From: Myxococcota bacterium
GTDB taxonomy: Bacteria > Myxococcota_A > UBA9160 > UBA4427
Direction: 5' to 3'
DNA: 64,000 bases
NCBI GenBank assembly: GCA_036336835.1
Contig: JAYZFK010000082.1
Span: forward strand, 1-64,000
Under the pieces are notes generated by a model. That model was not told the DNA's origin. It made no database searches and saw nothing but the letters and a program-made list of their open reading frames with translations. Position 1 is the first letter of the stretch. Each line of letters opens with the position of its first letter. The position numbers were made by a program, and so were the translations under genes. Positions 21,725-31,589 of the stretch are shown in pieces.

Positions 21725-24700
21725 CTACATCGATCGGCGGTAGCGCCCCCCCACCTGGAACAGGGCGTCGCTGATCGCCCCCAGGCTCGCCACCTTCACC
21801 GTCTCCATCAGCTCCTCGAACACGTTGTCGTCAGTGAGCGCGACCCGACGCAGCCGCTCGAGCGCTTTGGGCGCCGCGGCTGCATTGCGCGCCTCGAACT
21901 CGCGCAGATGCGCGAGCTGGGCGTCCTTCTCGGCGTTGCTCGAGCGCATCAGCTCTCCGGGCCGAGCACTCGCGTCCTGCGCGTCCGGGTTCTCGAACAT
22001 ATTGACCCCCACGATCGGGAGGCTCCCGGAGTGCTTGAGCGACTCGTAGTGCAGGCTCTCCTGCTGGATCTTCGAGCGCTGGTACTGCGTCTCCATCGCT
22101 CCGAGCACACCGCCGCGCTCCGAGAGCCTCTCGAACTCTCGTAGCACCGCCTCCTCGACCCGGTCGGTCAGCTCGTCGATTGCGTAGGAGCCCTGGATCG
22201 CGTTCTCGCAGCTCGCAAGACCGAGCTCGCGCTGAATGATCAGCTGGATCGCCAGCGCCCGGCGAACCGACTCCTCGGTCGGTGTCGTCACGGCCTCGTC
22301 GTAGGCGTTGGTGTGCAGGCTGTTGCAGTTGTCCTGCAGGGCGGTCAGGGCCTGCAGTGTCGTCCGGATGTCATTGAACGCCATCTCCTGAGCGTGCAGC
22401 GAGCGGCCCGATGTCTGAATGTGATACTTGAGCTTCTGGCTGCGCTCGGAGGCGCCGTACTGCTCGCGCATCGCGATCGCCCAGATCCGCCGGGCGACGC
22501 GGCCAATCACGTTGTACTCGGCATCGAGCCCGTTGCTGAAGAAGAAGCTGAAGTTCGGAACGAAGGCGTCGATCTCCATCCCGCGCGAGCGGTAGTACTC
22601 GACGTAGGTAAAGCCATTGGCCAGCGTGAAGGCCAGCTGCGTGATCGGGTTCGCCCCGGCCTCGGCGATGTGGTAGCCGCTGATCGAGACCGAGTAGAAG
22701 TTGCGAACGTCGTTCTGGATGAACCAGGCCTGGATATCGCCCATCAACGCGAGCGAGAAGTCACACGAGAAGATGCAGGTGTTCTGGGCCTGATCCTCCT
22801 TCAGGATGTCCGCCTGCACGGTGCCGCGCACGCGCCGCAACACGTCGGCGCGAATGCGCGCGTAGCTCTCGGCGTCGACCGCCTCGTCGCCCCGGATCCC
22901 GAGCAGACCGAGACCGAGGCCGTCGTGGCCGGGAGGAAGCTCGTGGAGCCCGCCGCCGTAGACCGGCAGCTCCCGCCCGGCGGCGATCCGTGCGCGCACC
23001 GCCGCGAGATCGCCGCGCTCGCGAAGCTGGCGCTCGACCTGCTGGTCGACCGCCGCATTCAGGTAGCAGGCGAGGATCGTCGGCGCCGGGCCGTTGATCG
23101 TCATCGAGACCGACGTGGACGGGTCGCACAGGTCGAAGCCCGAGTAGAGCTTCTTGGCGCAGTCGAGCGTGCAGACCGAGACGCCCGAGTTGCCGACCTT
23201 GCCGTAGATGTCTGGACGCTCGTCGGGGTTGCGGCCGTAGAGCGTCACGCTGTCGAACGCGGTCGAGAGGCGGGCCGCCGGCCGGTCGGCGGACAGGAAG
23301 TGGAAGCGACGGTTGGTGCGCTCCGGGCCGCCCTCGCCGGCGAACATACGGGCCGGCTCCTCGGCCTCCCGCTTGAACGGAAACACCCCCGCCGAAAACG
23401 GGAAGTGGCCAGGCAGGTTCTCCTGACGCAGGTAGCGGGTGAGCGTCCCCCAGTCCTCGGCGCGCGGAAGCGCGACGCGCGGCAGCGGGGTGCCCGACAG
23501 CGTCTCGACGTGGTTGCGCACGCGGATCGCTCGATCGCGCACCGAGTACTCCTGCTCGCCCCTCGCGTAGGCCTCCCGCTGCGCCGGCCAGCTGTCGAGC
23601 TGCTCGCGCAACGCCGGATCGAGTCGATCTCGCGCCGCGTCTCGCGCGGCGGCGAGGGCCCCAGATGAGTCCTCGCCCGCCAGCAGCGCGCTCGCGTGCT
23701 CGAGACTCGCGGCATCGACGGCGTGCGCCGCCAGCTCTTCGGTCCGCGCGCGATACGCGCGCACGGTCTCGGCAATCTCGGCCAGGTAGCGGCGCCGGGC
23801 GCCGGGAATCATGGGCCGCACGGACGGTTCGGCTGACTCGACTGATTCGACGGCTCGCGGTACAGCGGCCCGCTGCGGTGCGCCCGCCGCGGGCTGCGCG
23901 AACCCTGCGCCACCGGCCGCCGCGACACGCTGGCGCAACTCCTCGTACAGGACGTCGGTTCCCGGGTCGCTCCAGTCCCGCGCCGTCGTCGGGTAGACGG
24001 GCAGCTCCTCGTCGGGCGCGTCGAACGCCGAGTGATTGCGACGCCACTGCTTGCGAACGTCACGCAAGGCGTCGAGCCCGCCCTGACGATCGAGCTTGTT
24101 GAGCACGACGAGGTCCGCCAGCTCGAGCATGTCGATCTTCTCGAGCTGCGACGGCGCGCCGTATTCGGGCGTCATGACGTAGAGCGACAGATCGACCAGA
24201 TCGACGATCTCGGAATCGCTCTGCCCGATGCCTGCTGTCTCGACGAAGATCAGGTCGTAGCCGGCGGCGCGCAGCACGAGCACCGAATCCCGGACGGCGC
24301 GCGCAAGCGCGAGGTGCGCCTGCCGGGTGGCCAGCGAGCGCGCGTAGATTCGCGGTGCGTGGATCGCGTTCATACGGATACGATCTCCGAGTAATGCGCC
24401 TCCCGAGCGGCGCCGTGTCGGATCGACCAGCACGAGCCCGACACTGCACTCCGGGAAGTCGCCCCGGAAGCGGCGCACCAGCTCGTCGACGACGCTCGAC
24501 TTGCCGGCACCGCCGGTGCCGGTGAAGCCGACGACCACCGAGTGGCCGTCGTCGCGCGCGGCCAGCTGCTCGCGCAGGGCCGCGATCTCCGCCTGCCCAT
24601 CGCCCGCGCATGCGTCCTCCATCCAGCTGATCAGCCTTGCGACCGCGCCGGGATCCTCCGGAGAGGCGCGCTGGGGCTCGTCGCCGATACGCTCGACGGT

Positions 24701-25153
24701 CCGCCGATCGCACTCAGCGGTGATCACCTTGACCATGCCCTCGAGCCCGAGGGCACGGCCGTCCTCGGGAGTGAAGATCCGCGCCACGCCATAGGCCTGC
24801 AAGGCCTCGATCTCGTCGGGCAGGATCGTGCCCCCGCCGCCTCCGTAGACGCGTACGTGGCCGGCGCCGCGCTCGCGCAGCCGGTCGATCATGTAGCGGA
24901 AGAACTCGTTGTGCCCGCCCTGGTAGGACGACACCGCGATCGCGTGCGCGTCCTCCTGGATCGCGGCCTCGACGATCTCGTCGACCGAGCGGTCGTGGCC
25001 CAGATGGATCACCTCCGCACCCTGGCTCTGCAGGATGCGCCGGATGATGTTGATCGCTGCGTCGTGCCCATCGAATAGCGACGCGGCGGTCACCACGCGC
25101 ACGCGCCAGGACCGCGGATCTCGCGCCCCAGAATCGGAGGCCGCGCCGCTCAC
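21725..25153 (-). CDS. icmF: Fused isobutyryl-CoA mutase / G-protein chaperone
   Basis: N-terminal B12 domain [15 protein letters not shown], MeaI G domain GTGGAGKSS and ETAGIGQSD, mutase domain RMFAGEG (Phe), [27 protein letters not shown]-terminal [11 protein letters not shown] 25153 overlaps the merR stop. Confidence 0.93.
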   Translation of the reverse strand: MSGAASDSGARDPRSWRVRVVTAASLFDGHDAAINIIRRILQSQGAEVIHLGHDRSVDEIVEAAIQEDAHAIAVSSYQGGHNEFFRYMIDRLRERGAGHVRVYGGGGGTILPDEIEALQAYGVARIFTPEDGRALGLEGMVKVITAECDRRTVERIGDEPQRASPEDPGAVARLISWMEDACAGDGQAEIAALREQLAARDDGHSVVVGFTGTGGAGKSSVVDELVRRFRGDFPECSVGLVLVDPTRRRSGGALLGDRIRMNAIHAPRIYARSLATRQAHLALARAVRDSVLVLRAAGYDLIFVETAGIGQSDSEIVDLVDLSLYVMTPEYGAPSQLEKIDMLELADLVVLNKLDRQGGLDALRDVRKQWRRNHSAFDAPDEELPVYPTTARDWSDPGTDVLYEELRQRVAAAGGAGFAQPAAGAPQRAAVPRAVESVESAEPSVRPMIPGARRRYLAEIAETVRAYRARTEELAAHAVDAASLEHASALLAGEDSSGALAAARDAARDRLDPALREQLDSWPAQREAYARGEQEYSVRDRAIRVRNHVETLSGTPLPRVALPRAEDWGTLTRYLRQENLPGHFPFSAGVFPFKREAEEPARMFAGEGGPERTNRRFHFLSADRPAARLSTAFDSVTLYGRNPDERPDIYGKVGNSGVSVCTLDCAKKLYSGFDLCDPSTSVSMTINGPAPTILACYLNAAVDQQVERQLRERGDLAAVRARIAAGRELPVYGGGLHELPPGHDGLGLGLLGIRGDEAVDAESYARIRADVLRRVRGTVQADILKEDQAQNTCIFSCDFSLALMGDIQAWFIQNDVRNFYSVSISGYHIAEAGANPITQLAFTLANGFTYVEYYRSRGMEIDAFVPNFSFFFSNGLDAEYNVIGRVARRIWAIAMREQYGASERSQKLKYHIQTSGRSLHAQEMAFNDIRTTLQALTALQDNCNSLHTNAYDEAVTTPTEESVRRALAIQLIIQRELGLASCENAIQGSYAIDELTDRVEEAVLREFERLSERGGVLGAMETQYQRSKIQQESLHYESLKHSGSLPIVGVNMFENPDAQDASARPGELMRSSNAEKDAQLAHLREFEARNAAAAPKALERLRRVALTDDNVFEELMETVKVASLGAISDALFQVGGRYRRSM

Positions 25154-25566
25154 GAGCTTCGCCCCCGCGGCGCCCCAGCGAGCGATTCGCTGCGGCTCGC
25201 CACATGCTCTCGGTACTTGCTCATCTCGTCGCGCAGCTGCTGGAGCTCCGCGATGCGGGCATCGAGCTCGCCGAGCCGGTCGTCGAGCTGCCTGGCGAGC
25301 CGCTCCAGCATCGCCCGGGTCGAGCCGCCGATTGCATAGATCGCGTTGAGCTCTTTGATCTCCGCCAGCGAAAGCCCGAGCGCCTTCAGGCGGCCGATGA
25401 AGCGCAGGCGCTCGAGCTCGTCGGCCCCATAGACGCGTCGGCCGCCAGCGCGCCGACGCACGCCCGGCAGCAGGCCCAGCTCTTCGTAGTAGCGCACCGT
25501 ACGCGCGGACAGTCCGGTCTGACGGCAGACCGCACCAATCTCCTCGGTGATGTCTTCCCGGGCCAC
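25150..25566 (-). CDS. MerR-family transcriptional regulator
   Basis: IGAVCRQTGLSARTVRYYEELGLL...GGRRVY...RLRFIGRLKALGLSLAEIKE plus coiled coil; GGGAGG RBS. Confidence 0.9.
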   Translation of the reverse strand: MAREDITEEIGAVCRQTGLSARTVRYYEELGLLPGVRRRAGGRRVYGADELERLRFIGRLKALGLSLAEIKELNAIYAIGGSTRAMLERLARQLDDRLGELDARIAELQQLRDEMSKYREHVASRSESLAGAPRGRSS

Positions 25567-25605
25567 ACGTTCCTCCCTGGATCGACCGACTCATCGGCTA
25601 GTTCG

Positions 25606-25623
25606 CCAGTTTACGTAAGCTGG
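25606..25623. promoter_or_regulatory. 18-bp near-perfect palindrome, candidate operator of the MerR regulator
   Basis: CCAG-T-TTACGTAA-G-CTGG, 40 nt upstream of the merR start. Confidence 0.5.
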
Positions 25624-25754
25624 GATTCATCGCTACCCCGCGGGGATTGAGATTGATCCGTACTGGCGCCCCGAGCAACCCCAGCCACTTGCTGGCCGCT
25701 GCCAGGTGGCGGCGGTAGCCTGCACCGCCCCGTCCCCCGTCTGGCGCCCGATTC

Positions 25755-26822
25755 ATGAAGATCCTCTACGTCGGCGATCTCGATCCCGCGGGCACCTGCA
25801 AGGCGCGGTGCGATGCGCTGCAGGTGCTCGAGCCCGATCTTCACGGGTTCGATATCGGCGATGCCTTCGCCTGGAGCGCGCGTCCCCGACTGCAGCGCCA
25901 GCTCGAAGAGCACCTGCGTGCCGGTCCGAATCAGCGCCGTGCCAATGCCGCGCTGATCGATCGTTGCGCGATGCTGCAGCCAGACCTGGTCTGGATCGAC
26001 AACGGCGACTGGATCTCGTCGGGGACCCTGCGCACACTGCGTGGCCTCGGTTGCTTCCTGGTCCACCACATCACCGATTCGCTCTACACGCTCGACCGGC
26101 GCGTGCGCTGGCTCCGGCGCCTGCTGCGTAGCACCGCTGCGGACTACGACGTCTTCTTCACGACCAACGTCGACGATTGCGAGCGACTCGCCAGCTCCGA
26201 ACCGCCGAAGGCCCTGCTCACCGATCTGGGGCACGACCACCGGCGCTTCGAGCCGAGCCCGCTGTCGCCAGAGCTCGCCGCGCGCTGGAGCAGCGAGCTC
26301 ATCTTCATCGGCCACTACGAGTCCGAGACCGAGGACCGCATCCTTGCACTGCTCGAGGCAGGCCTGCCGGTGCAGGTCTACGGAGACGTGCGCTGGTTCC
26401 GCTCGAGCCGGCGGGCGCTCCTGGGCGACAACCTGCACGAGCGGCTCTCGAGCGAGGACTACGTGTACGCGCTCAAGGGAACCAAGATCGGGCTCTGCTT
26501 CGTGTCGACCATGAACTACAACCAGACCGCCTCGCGCAGCTTCGAGATCACTGGCTGCGGCAGCTTCCTGCTCGCGGTGCGAACGCCTCAGCACCTCGAG
26601 TGCTTCGAAGAGGGGCATGAGGCCGACTTCTTCGGCGATCACGCCGAGCTGGTCGAGAAGGCGCGCAAGTACCTCGAGCACGATGCGCTGCGCGAGCAGA
26701 TTGCGCGGCGCGGCTACGAGCGCAGCGAGGCCTCGGGCTACTCGTGGGGGGCGTTGATGAAGCGCGACTGGCCGCGGGTGCTCGAGGTCTATCGTGCGCG
26801 TGCCGCAGCGTCTCAGCCGTAG
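25755..26822 (+). CDS. Glycosyltransferase, CgeB/DUF3880 (GT-B) type
   Basis: MKILYVG N-terminus, LIFIGHYE..R, KIGLCF, RSFEITGCGSFLL, ELVEKARKYLEHDALREQIARRG. Confidence 0.8.
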   Translation: MKILYVGDLDPAGTCKARCDALQVLEPDLHGFDIGDAFAWSARPRLQRQLEEHLRAGPNQRRANAALIDRCAMLQPDLVWIDNGDWISSGTLRTLRGLGCFLVHHITDSLYTLDRRVRWLRRLLRSTAADYDVFFTTNVDDCERLASSEPPKALLTDLGHDHRRFEPSPLSPELAARWSSELIFIGHYESETEDRILALLEAGLPVQVYGDVRWFRSSRRALLGDNLHERLSSEDYVYALKGTKIGLCFVSTMNYNQTASRSFEITGCGSFLLAVRTPQHLECFEEGHEADFFGDHAELVEKARKYLEHDALREQIARRGYERSEASGYSWGALMKRDWPRVLEVYRARAAASQP

Positions 26823-27703
26823 CCGAGATCCTCGATCCGCTCCTTGTCCTTGGCCCAGCGCGGGTCGACCTTGACCCACAGATCGAGATGAACCCGGGTG
26901 CCGAGCAGCGCCTCGATCGCGCGCCGCGCCCTCACGCCGATGCGCTTGATCTGGCGACCGCCGCTGCCGATGACGATGCGCTTCTGCGAGTTGCGAACCA
27001 CGAGCAGGTTGGCTCGAAGCTTCACCAGGTCGGCACGGCTCTCGTCGAACTCGATCACTTCGACGGCCATGCCGTACGGGAGCTCCTGCTCGAGCTCCTC
27101 GAACAGCGCCTCGCGCACGAGCTCGGCGGCGAGCCAGCGCAGGGGACGATCGGTGAGATCGTCTTCGGGATACAGCGGAGGCGACTCGGGCAGCTGGGCC
27201 ACGATCGTCTCGAGCAGTGCGGGGATGCCGTCGCCGGTGCGCGCCGACACGCTGTGATGGGCGAGCAGCTCGCCGGCCGCCGCCGGCGGCCAGGCGGGGT
27301 CCTCGAGAGCCTGGAGATCCAGCTTGTTGCCGACCAGGATCGCGGGGGTCTCCGCGTCGCACAGCGCTCGGATCAGCTCGTCGTGATCGGGTGTCCAGCC
27401 GCGCCCGAGATCCACGAGCACCAGTGCGAGCTCGCAGTTGCGAACCGTCTCTGCAACAGCCTCGTTGAGCACTGTGTTGAGTAGCTTTCCACCATGGTGC
27501 AGACCCGGCGTGTCGATGAACACGATTTGAGCGCCGGGCAGCGAGTGGATCCCGAGGATGCGGCTGCGCGTGGTCTGTGGCTTCGCCGTCACGATCGCGA
27601 GCTTCTGGCCGAGCACCCTGTTGAGCAGCGTCGACTTTCCGGCGTTCGGCGGGCCGAGCAGCGCGACGATTCCCGCGCGGTGAGCGTGCTCCTCCGGGCT
27701 CAC
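26813..27703 (-). CDS. era: GTPase Era
   Basis: GPPNAGKSTLLN, KPQTTR, DTPG, NKLD, ELPY, SQKRIVIGSGG KH domain, LDLWVKV. Confidence 0.96.
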   Translation of the reverse strand: MSPEEHAHRAGIVALLGPPNAGKSTLLNRVLGQKLAIVTAKPQTTRSRILGIHSLPGAQIVFIDTPGLHHGGKLLNTVLNEAVAETVRNCELALVLVDLGRGWTPDHDELIRALCDAETPAILVGNKLDLQALEDPAWPPAAAGELLAHHSVSARTGDGIPALLETIVAQLPESPPLYPEDDLTDRPLRWLAAELVREALFEELEQELPYGMAVEVIEFDESRADLVKLRANLLVVRNSQKRIVIGSGGRQIKRIGVRARRAIEALLGTRVHLDLWVKVDPRWAKDKERIEDLGYG

Positions 27704-27852
27704 GGGATTCCGGCTGGCTCGATGTCGAAGTTGTGGTTCACGAGTGCCACAGGTAGCGCAGCCGAGCCGCAGCGCGGCGTGCGCAGCTCGAGGCGCACGC
27801 CCCCCGGGATCTCCACGGGTTGCAGCGCATCCAGCAAGCCGCTCGCGCTCAC
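27700..27852 (-). CDS. Small ORF (50 aa) or gene remnant
   Basis: Manual translation VSASGLLDALQPVEIPGGVRLELRTPRCGSAALPVALVNHNFDIEPAGIP*; its stop overlaps the era GTG (GTGA) and it fills the gap almost exactly. Confidence 0.3.
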   Translation of the reverse strand: MSASGLLDALQPVEIPGGVRLELRTPRCGSAALPVALVNHNFDIEPAGIP

Positions 27853-27856
27853 CGAA

Positions 27857-28576
27857 TCACTCGCTCGCCGCGCGTCCCTCGATCTGCCGATAGGCCGAGG
27901 CCCACATCAGGTAGTTGATCGCGATGGCCGGGATGACACCCACGACGAGCGCCAGTACACCTGCGAGCACGACCACCGAGGTGACCAGGACCAGGACCGG
28001 GAACACCCACGCTTTCACCCTCCCCGTCGCAGACCAGGCCGCCTGCAGCGCCTCGATCCCGCCCATGTCCTGATCGACGATGTAGAAGAAGCACAGCGTG
28101 AGCCGCGGAGCCACGAAGAACGCAAATCCGAGGCTCAGCAGGGAGCCGATCCCAGTCAGCAGCGCGCTCCCGATGTGGGTACCAACCATCTGGACCGACT
28201 GGAAAGCCAGGTTGATCAGCACGATCGCGACGATGGCGATGAGCACCGATGCGAGCACTTCCGAGTAGCGCGAGAACCCGGCGAACAGATCGCCAAACTC
28301 GGCCTCCCCGTCGTACATGCGCAGCACGAACAGGTAGGAACCCCAGACCAGATGGGGCAGCAGCAGCGGAATGCCGAGCAGCGTGAACGCCGCGAGACTC
28401 GTGGCCGTCAGCCCGACGAACCCCACGCCGAGCCAGAGCGGAAAATTCTCCCAGGTCGCTGTCCAGGCTTCCGACAGACAGCGACCGACGTCGATATCGG
28501 CGCTTTCGGCACTCCGACCATACGCGGAGTCGGGGTGAAGGTCGGCAGACGGCGGCACATACGGGTTCTCGTTCAT
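27857..28576 (-). CDS. Integral membrane protein (about 5 TM) with an N-terminal NPY..P motif
   Basis: MNENPYVPPSA...IDVGRCLSEAW, hydrophobic segments, FGDLFAGF, IVDQDMGGIEALQAAW. Confidence 0.75.
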   Translation of the reverse strand: MNENPYVPPSADLHPDSAYGRSAESADIDVGRCLSEAWTATWENFPLWLGVGFVGLTATSLAAFTLLGIPLLLPHLVWGSYLFVLRMYDGEAEFGDLFAGFSRYSEVLASVLIAIVAIVLINLAFQSVQMVGTHIGSALLTGIGSLLSLGFAFFVAPRLTLCFFYIVDQDMGGIEALQAAWSATGRVKAWVFPVLVLVTSVVVLAGVLALVVGVIPAIAINYLMWASAYRQIEGRAASE

Positions 28577-28638
28577 CGGTCCCCGATAGGCGACGGGCTC
28601 GGACGCAACGTCCGGGGCATAGCGTATCACGCAACCGC

Positions 28639-29373
28639 CTAGCGAACCTCTTCGTCCTCTGGCAGCGTGGCGAGCATCGTTTCGGCGGCAAGGCGCTCGG
28701 CGGCCCGCTTCGAGCGACCGCTTCCACGGGCGCTCTGACCCGAAGCCAGCCAAACCTCGACGATGAACCGCTCGTCATCGCCCTCGATGTCCGAGTCGCT
28801 GACCAGCGAGTAGCGAGGGAGATCTCCCCAGCATGCGACGGCCAGCTCCTGCAGCTCGGTCTTCGGGTCGCGGCCGGTGCGCTCCGCGCCCGGTTGGAAG
28901 GAGTCCGGGAACGCCCTCTCGACGAGCTCGCCGATGACGTCGAGGCCCCCGTCGAGGAACATCGCGCCGATCACCGCCTCCATCGCATTGGCCAGGATCC
29001 GCTGCTTGACTGCACCTCCCGATCGAAGCTCGGTGCGCCCGAGCTCGATCACCTCCGAAAGCGCCAGTCGTGTGGCGAGCCGGGCCAGAGCGTGCGTGTC
29101 CACCAGGCCGTGGAGCCCACGCGTCAGGTCGCCCTCCGCCCACTCGTCGTGGGCCGCGAACAGGCGATGTGCCACCGCCAGACCGACCACCGAGTCGCCG
29201 AGGAACTCGAGCCGCTCATTGCTCTCGAGAACGGCGTCCTCGTTGGCGCGCGAGGCGTGGCGAAGCGCCGTTGCGAGCAGCGAGCGGTCGCGAAAGTGAT
29301 AGCCGAGACGCTCCTCGAAGCCGGCGAGATCTCGGGCGGGCGGCTCGCTCAAGAGGCGTTCCGCGCGAGCCAT
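28639..29373 (-). CDS. rnc: Ribonuclease III
   Basis: LGYHFRDRSLLATALRHAS, SNERLEFLGDSV, dsRBD DPKTELQE...GRSKRAAERLAA. Confidence 0.93.
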   Translation of the reverse strand: MARAERLLSEPPARDLAGFEERLGYHFRDRSLLATALRHASRANEDAVLESNERLEFLGDSVVGLAVAHRLFAAHDEWAEGDLTRGLHGLVDTHALARLATRLALSEVIELGRTELRSGGAVKQRILANAMEAVIGAMFLDGGLDVIGELVERAFPDSFQPGAERTGRDPKTELQELAVACWGDLPRYSLVSDSDIEGDDERFIVEVWLASGQSARGSGRSKRAAERLAAETMLATLPEDEEVR

Positions 29374-30428
29374 CCACCGCCCAGCAGCTCCTCGCCGCGT
29401 TCGGCGTCGTAGAAGACGGCGGCCTGCCCGGGCGAGACGGCCGCCACCGGCTCCTCGAACTGCACCCGCACCTCGCCTCCCCCGACCGGTTCGACCACCG
29501 CAAGGGCCCCGGCGTGGCGATAGCGGACCCGCACGCGCGCCCGTCGCGCCGTGCGCGGCGCCGCTCCGGCGACCCAGCTCACCTGGCAGACACGCGCCCG
29601 TCGGGTCTCGATCTCGCTGCGGGAGCCGACGACGACGCGACGTGATGCGGGCTCGAGTCGCGTCACGTAGCGCGGCTCGCTCGAGGCAATGCCGAGCCCC
29701 TTGCGCTGTCCCACGGTGAATCGATGCACGCCATCGTGCCGGCCCAGCACACGTCCTCCCGCGTCGACGATCTCGCCGCCCCGCTCGGTTGCGGCCGGCC
29801 GGATCGACTCGACGACCCGGGCGTAGTCACCATCGGGAACGAAGCAGATCTCCTGGCTCTCGGGCTTGTCGGCTGTCGCCAGCCCGAGCGCACGCGCGCG
29901 CTCGCGGACCTGCGACTTGCGCAGCTCGCCGAGAGGGAACCACGCCCGTTCGAGCTGCTCCTGATCCAGCTGGAACAGGAAGTACGTCTGGTCCTTGTCG
30001 TCGTCGAGCGCGCGCCACAGCCGCATGCGGCCGGTCGTCGGATCGCAATCGAGGCGAGCGTAGTGCCCCGTCGCCACACGGTCTGCCCCGAAGACCTTCG
30101 CACGCTCGAGCAGGTGATCGAACTTGAAGCGCTTGTTGCACGTCACACACGGAATCGGTGTCTCGCCTGCGAGGTAGGCATCAGCAAACGGCTCGATTAC
30201 CTCCTTGCGGAACTCTTCGGTGTAGTTGGCCACGTAGAACTTGATCCCGAGGCGCTCGGCGACCCGGCGCGCATCGTCCGCGTCGTCGAGCGAGCAGCAA
30301 CGTGATCCACTGCCCGCAAGGTGCATGGTGACGCCGATCGTCTCCACGCCGGTCTCGGCGACCAGCGCCGCTGCCAACGACGAATCGACGCCGCCCGACA
30401 TCGCGACTACGACGCGCGCCGGGTTCAT
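29349..30428 (-). CDS. mnmA: tRNA-specific 2-thiouridylase
   Basis: AMSGGVDSS, GETPIPCVTCN, ATGHYAR, KDQTYFL, ESQEICF, TVGQRKGLG, PGQAAVFY. Confidence 0.96.
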   Translation of the reverse strand: MNPARVVVAMSGGVDSSLAAALVAETGVETIGVTMHLAGSGSRCCSLDDADDARRVAERLGIKFYVANYTEEFRKEVIEPFADAYLAGETPIPCVTCNKRFKFDHLLERAKVFGADRVATGHYARLDCDPTTGRMRLWRALDDDKDQTYFLFQLDQEQLERAWFPLGELRKSQVRERARALGLATADKPESQEICFVPDGDYARVVESIRPAATERGGEIVDAGGRVLGRHDGVHRFTVGQRKGLGIASSEPRYVTRLEPASRRVVVGSRSEIETRRARVCQVSWVAGAAPRTARRARVRVRYRHAGALAVVEPVGGGEVRVQFEEPVAAVSPGQAAVFYDAERGEELLGGGWLARNAS

Positions 30429-31579
30429 GCTCCGACCGCCTGGCGCACGCGCGGGACCAGCTCGACCAGATGGCCGATCACCTCGTCGATCTGGGCTTCG
30501 TCGTTGCCCCAGCCGACCGACAGGCGCAGTGTCGCGCGCGCCTGCTCGGGGGTGCGGCCCATGGCGCTGAGCACGTGCGACGGAGTGACGGAGCCCGAGT
30601 GGCAGGCGGCCCCGGCCGAGGCCGCTACACCCGCGAGATCGAGCGCTTGGAGCAGCATCTCGCCGGCGGCTCCAGCGAACTCGACGCTGAGTGTATTGGG
30701 CAGGATTCCGTCGGGGTCCGCGTCACCCGCATTCCAGCGAAGGTCGGGCAGCTTGCCCGCGAGTCCTTGCCACAGCCGGTCGCGCAGCCCGCGGTAGTGC
30801 TCGATGCGCGCGCCCAGCTCCGCGGTGGCGAGCTCGCAGGCAGCGCCGAGGCCCGCGATGCCGGCCACATTCTCGGTGCCCCCCCGCGCGCGCCGCTCCT
30901 GCGGCCCCCCGCACAGTAGCGGCGGCAGGACGGGCGCGTCGCGGGCGACCAGCGCGCCCGTGCCTTTTGGTCCGTTCAGCTTGTGTGCCGAACACGACAG
31001 CCAGTGGGCACCAACCGCCCCGAGGTCCACCGGCGTCTTGCCGAGAGCCTGGGTTGCATCGACGTGGAGCCACGACCCGGCAGCGCGCACGCGCTCGGCG
31101 ATCGGCTCCATCGGCTGTAGCACTCCCGTCTCGTTGTTGGCCCAGATTACGCTCACCAGCGCCGGCGCGCCGGCGAGCGCCCCGCTGAGCTCGCCCAGGT
31201 CGAGACGTCCGTTTGCATCGACGCCGAGCCAGGTGACCGCAATCCCCTCTCTCTCGAGGGCCGCCGCGGGCTCGGTCACCGACGGGTGCTCGATCGCCGT
31301 CGTGATCAGCCGACGCCAGGGTGTCTCCGCGGAGCGCAGCGACTGGATCACGGCATTGTTCGCTTCGGTCGCACCTGCCGTGAAGGTCACGTCAGCCGCT
31401 TCGCACCCGACCGCGCGCGCCACCTGCTCTCGCGCACGGTCGACGATGCGCCGCGCCGCCGCGCCCTCCTGGTGGGTGCTCGACGGATTGCCGAAGACCT
31501 CGCCCAGCACCGGCGCCATCACGTCCAGCACCTCGGCACGCAGCGGCGTGGTGGCGTTGTGATCGAGGTAGACCCGCAT
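30425..31579 (-). CDS. iscS: Cysteine desulfurase (IscS/NifS family)
   Basis: YLDHNATTP, GNPSS, GATEANN, ANNETG, HVDATQ, SAHKLNGPKG (PLP Lys), SAGAACHSG; stop overlaps the mnmA start. Confidence 0.88.
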   Translation of the reverse strand: MRVYLDHNATTPLRAEVLDVMAPVLGEVFGNPSSTHQEGAAARRIVDRAREQVARAVGCEAADVTFTAGATEANNAVIQSLRSAETPWRRLITTAIEHPSVTEPAAALEREGIAVTWLGVDANGRLDLGELSGALAGAPALVSVIWANNETGVLQPMEPIAERVRAAGSWLHVDATQALGKTPVDLGAVGAHWLSCSAHKLNGPKGTGALVARDAPVLPPLLCGGPQERRARGGTENVAGIAGLGAACELATAELGARIEHYRGLRDRLWQGLAGKLPDLRWNAGDADPDGILPNTLSVEFAGAAGEMLLQALDLAGVAASAGAACHSGSVTPSHVLSAMGRTPEQARATLRLSVGWGNDEAQIDEVIGHLVELVPRVRQAVGA

Positions 31580-31589
31580 CGGGCCCAAG

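Noticed and set aside
18673..21774. 1033-aa plus-strand ORF (and similar long ORFs such as 13920-15461, 31707-33482, 56678-58267, 57639-59750)
   Set aside because: Antisense or off-frame shadows of well-supported genes. High GC3 codon bias removes stop codons, and the translations have no recognisable motifs.
25567..25754. Cobalamin riboswitch upstream of the B12 mutase operon
   Set aside because: No B12-box or GGGAA/GCCACTG-type core is recognisable
28960..29000. Inactive RNase III because of LANAMEA instead of LADxxEA
   Set aside because: The ERLEFLGD signature and the downstream Glu are intact; one Asp-to-Asn change is not enough evidence
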